Below the pieces are notes generated by a model, which had not been told where the DNA came from, did not search any database, and saw only the letters and a list, made by a program, of their open reading frames with translations. Positions 63,856-64,000 of a stretch of DNA of 64,000 nt are shown here, piece after piece (position 1 is the stretch's first letter; the number at the start of each line of letters is the position of its first letter). The stretch is taken from the NCBI GenBank assembly GCA_963744145.1, contig CAVUSO010000001.1, positions 6,048,001 to 6,112,000 on the forward strand. Reading direction: 5' to 3'. Origin of the DNA: an uncultured cyanobacterium (GTDB lineage Bacteria > Cyanobacteriota > Cyanobacteriia > Cyanobacteriales > CAWUOF01). Made by a program: the position numbers and the translations under genes.

Positions 63856-64000
63856 TGCTTGGAAGAATTCCCACGATTATTTTGAGTCTAAATCCTGATT
63901 AATAAATCAGTAACCAAAAAAAATTTTCGATTTGCCAACTAAAATTAAGATTTTGGCAAACAACTCATCATCTTAGCTGATTAATTCAACGGTTACAGTG

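Larger units (their letters stand above)
1..64000. repeat. HIP1 (GCGATCGC) highly iterated palindrome dispersed throughout
   Basis: Many copies in coding and non-coding DNA, e.g. 609, 1344, 3106, 14847, 35576, 46951 and 47221. None was noticed inside the ISL3 element. Confidence 0.95.

Noticed and set aside
1..64000. tRNA, rRNA, tmRNA, 6S or RNase P genes, and the many 60-120-aa ORFs overlapping long genes
   Set aside because: No RNA gene signatures were recognised by eye. The short overlapping ORFs lack motifs and are treated as shadow frames.

Overview
This 64-kb window is cyanobacterial chromosome, shown by dense HIP1 (GCGATCGC) octamers, a split rpoC1/rpoC2 and nblA. The hpsJ, cyanoexosortase and pilT genes suggest a filamentous or motile strain. 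Core regions at about 1-32 kb and 52-64 kb hold three tandem GT41/O-GlcNAc-transferase-like genes, hslO, hisD, rpsT-tatD-rpoB-rpoC1-rpoC2, nblA, crtA-hpsJ-pilT, arsS, infC and amiC-murI-sds. The accessory island between them (about 32-52 kb) is rich in defence and toxin-antitoxin genes: Uma2 genes, a HipA-like kinase with a HipS/HIRAN partner, a 1.2k-aa SF2 helicase with a possible N-terminal PD-(D/E)xK-like domain, a C5 methyltransferase with a broken NotI-family endonuclease, parDE, an AbiEi-like gene, an Ntox50-like toxin/immunity pair, and a complete ISL3 element (26-bp IRs, 8-bp TSD). The most notable observations are (1) the orphan nuclease-helicase as a candidate new defence protein, (2) an insertion of about 140 aa with hexapeptide periodicity in RpoB, (3) four modules that kept the protective gene and lost the toxic one, and (4) nested MITE/REP/SDR elements and HIP1-bounded duplications. 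Single-base frameshifts in rpoB and hisD are probably sequencing errors. No rRNA, tRNA or CRISPR array was seen. All family calls come from motif recognition by eye, not from database searches.
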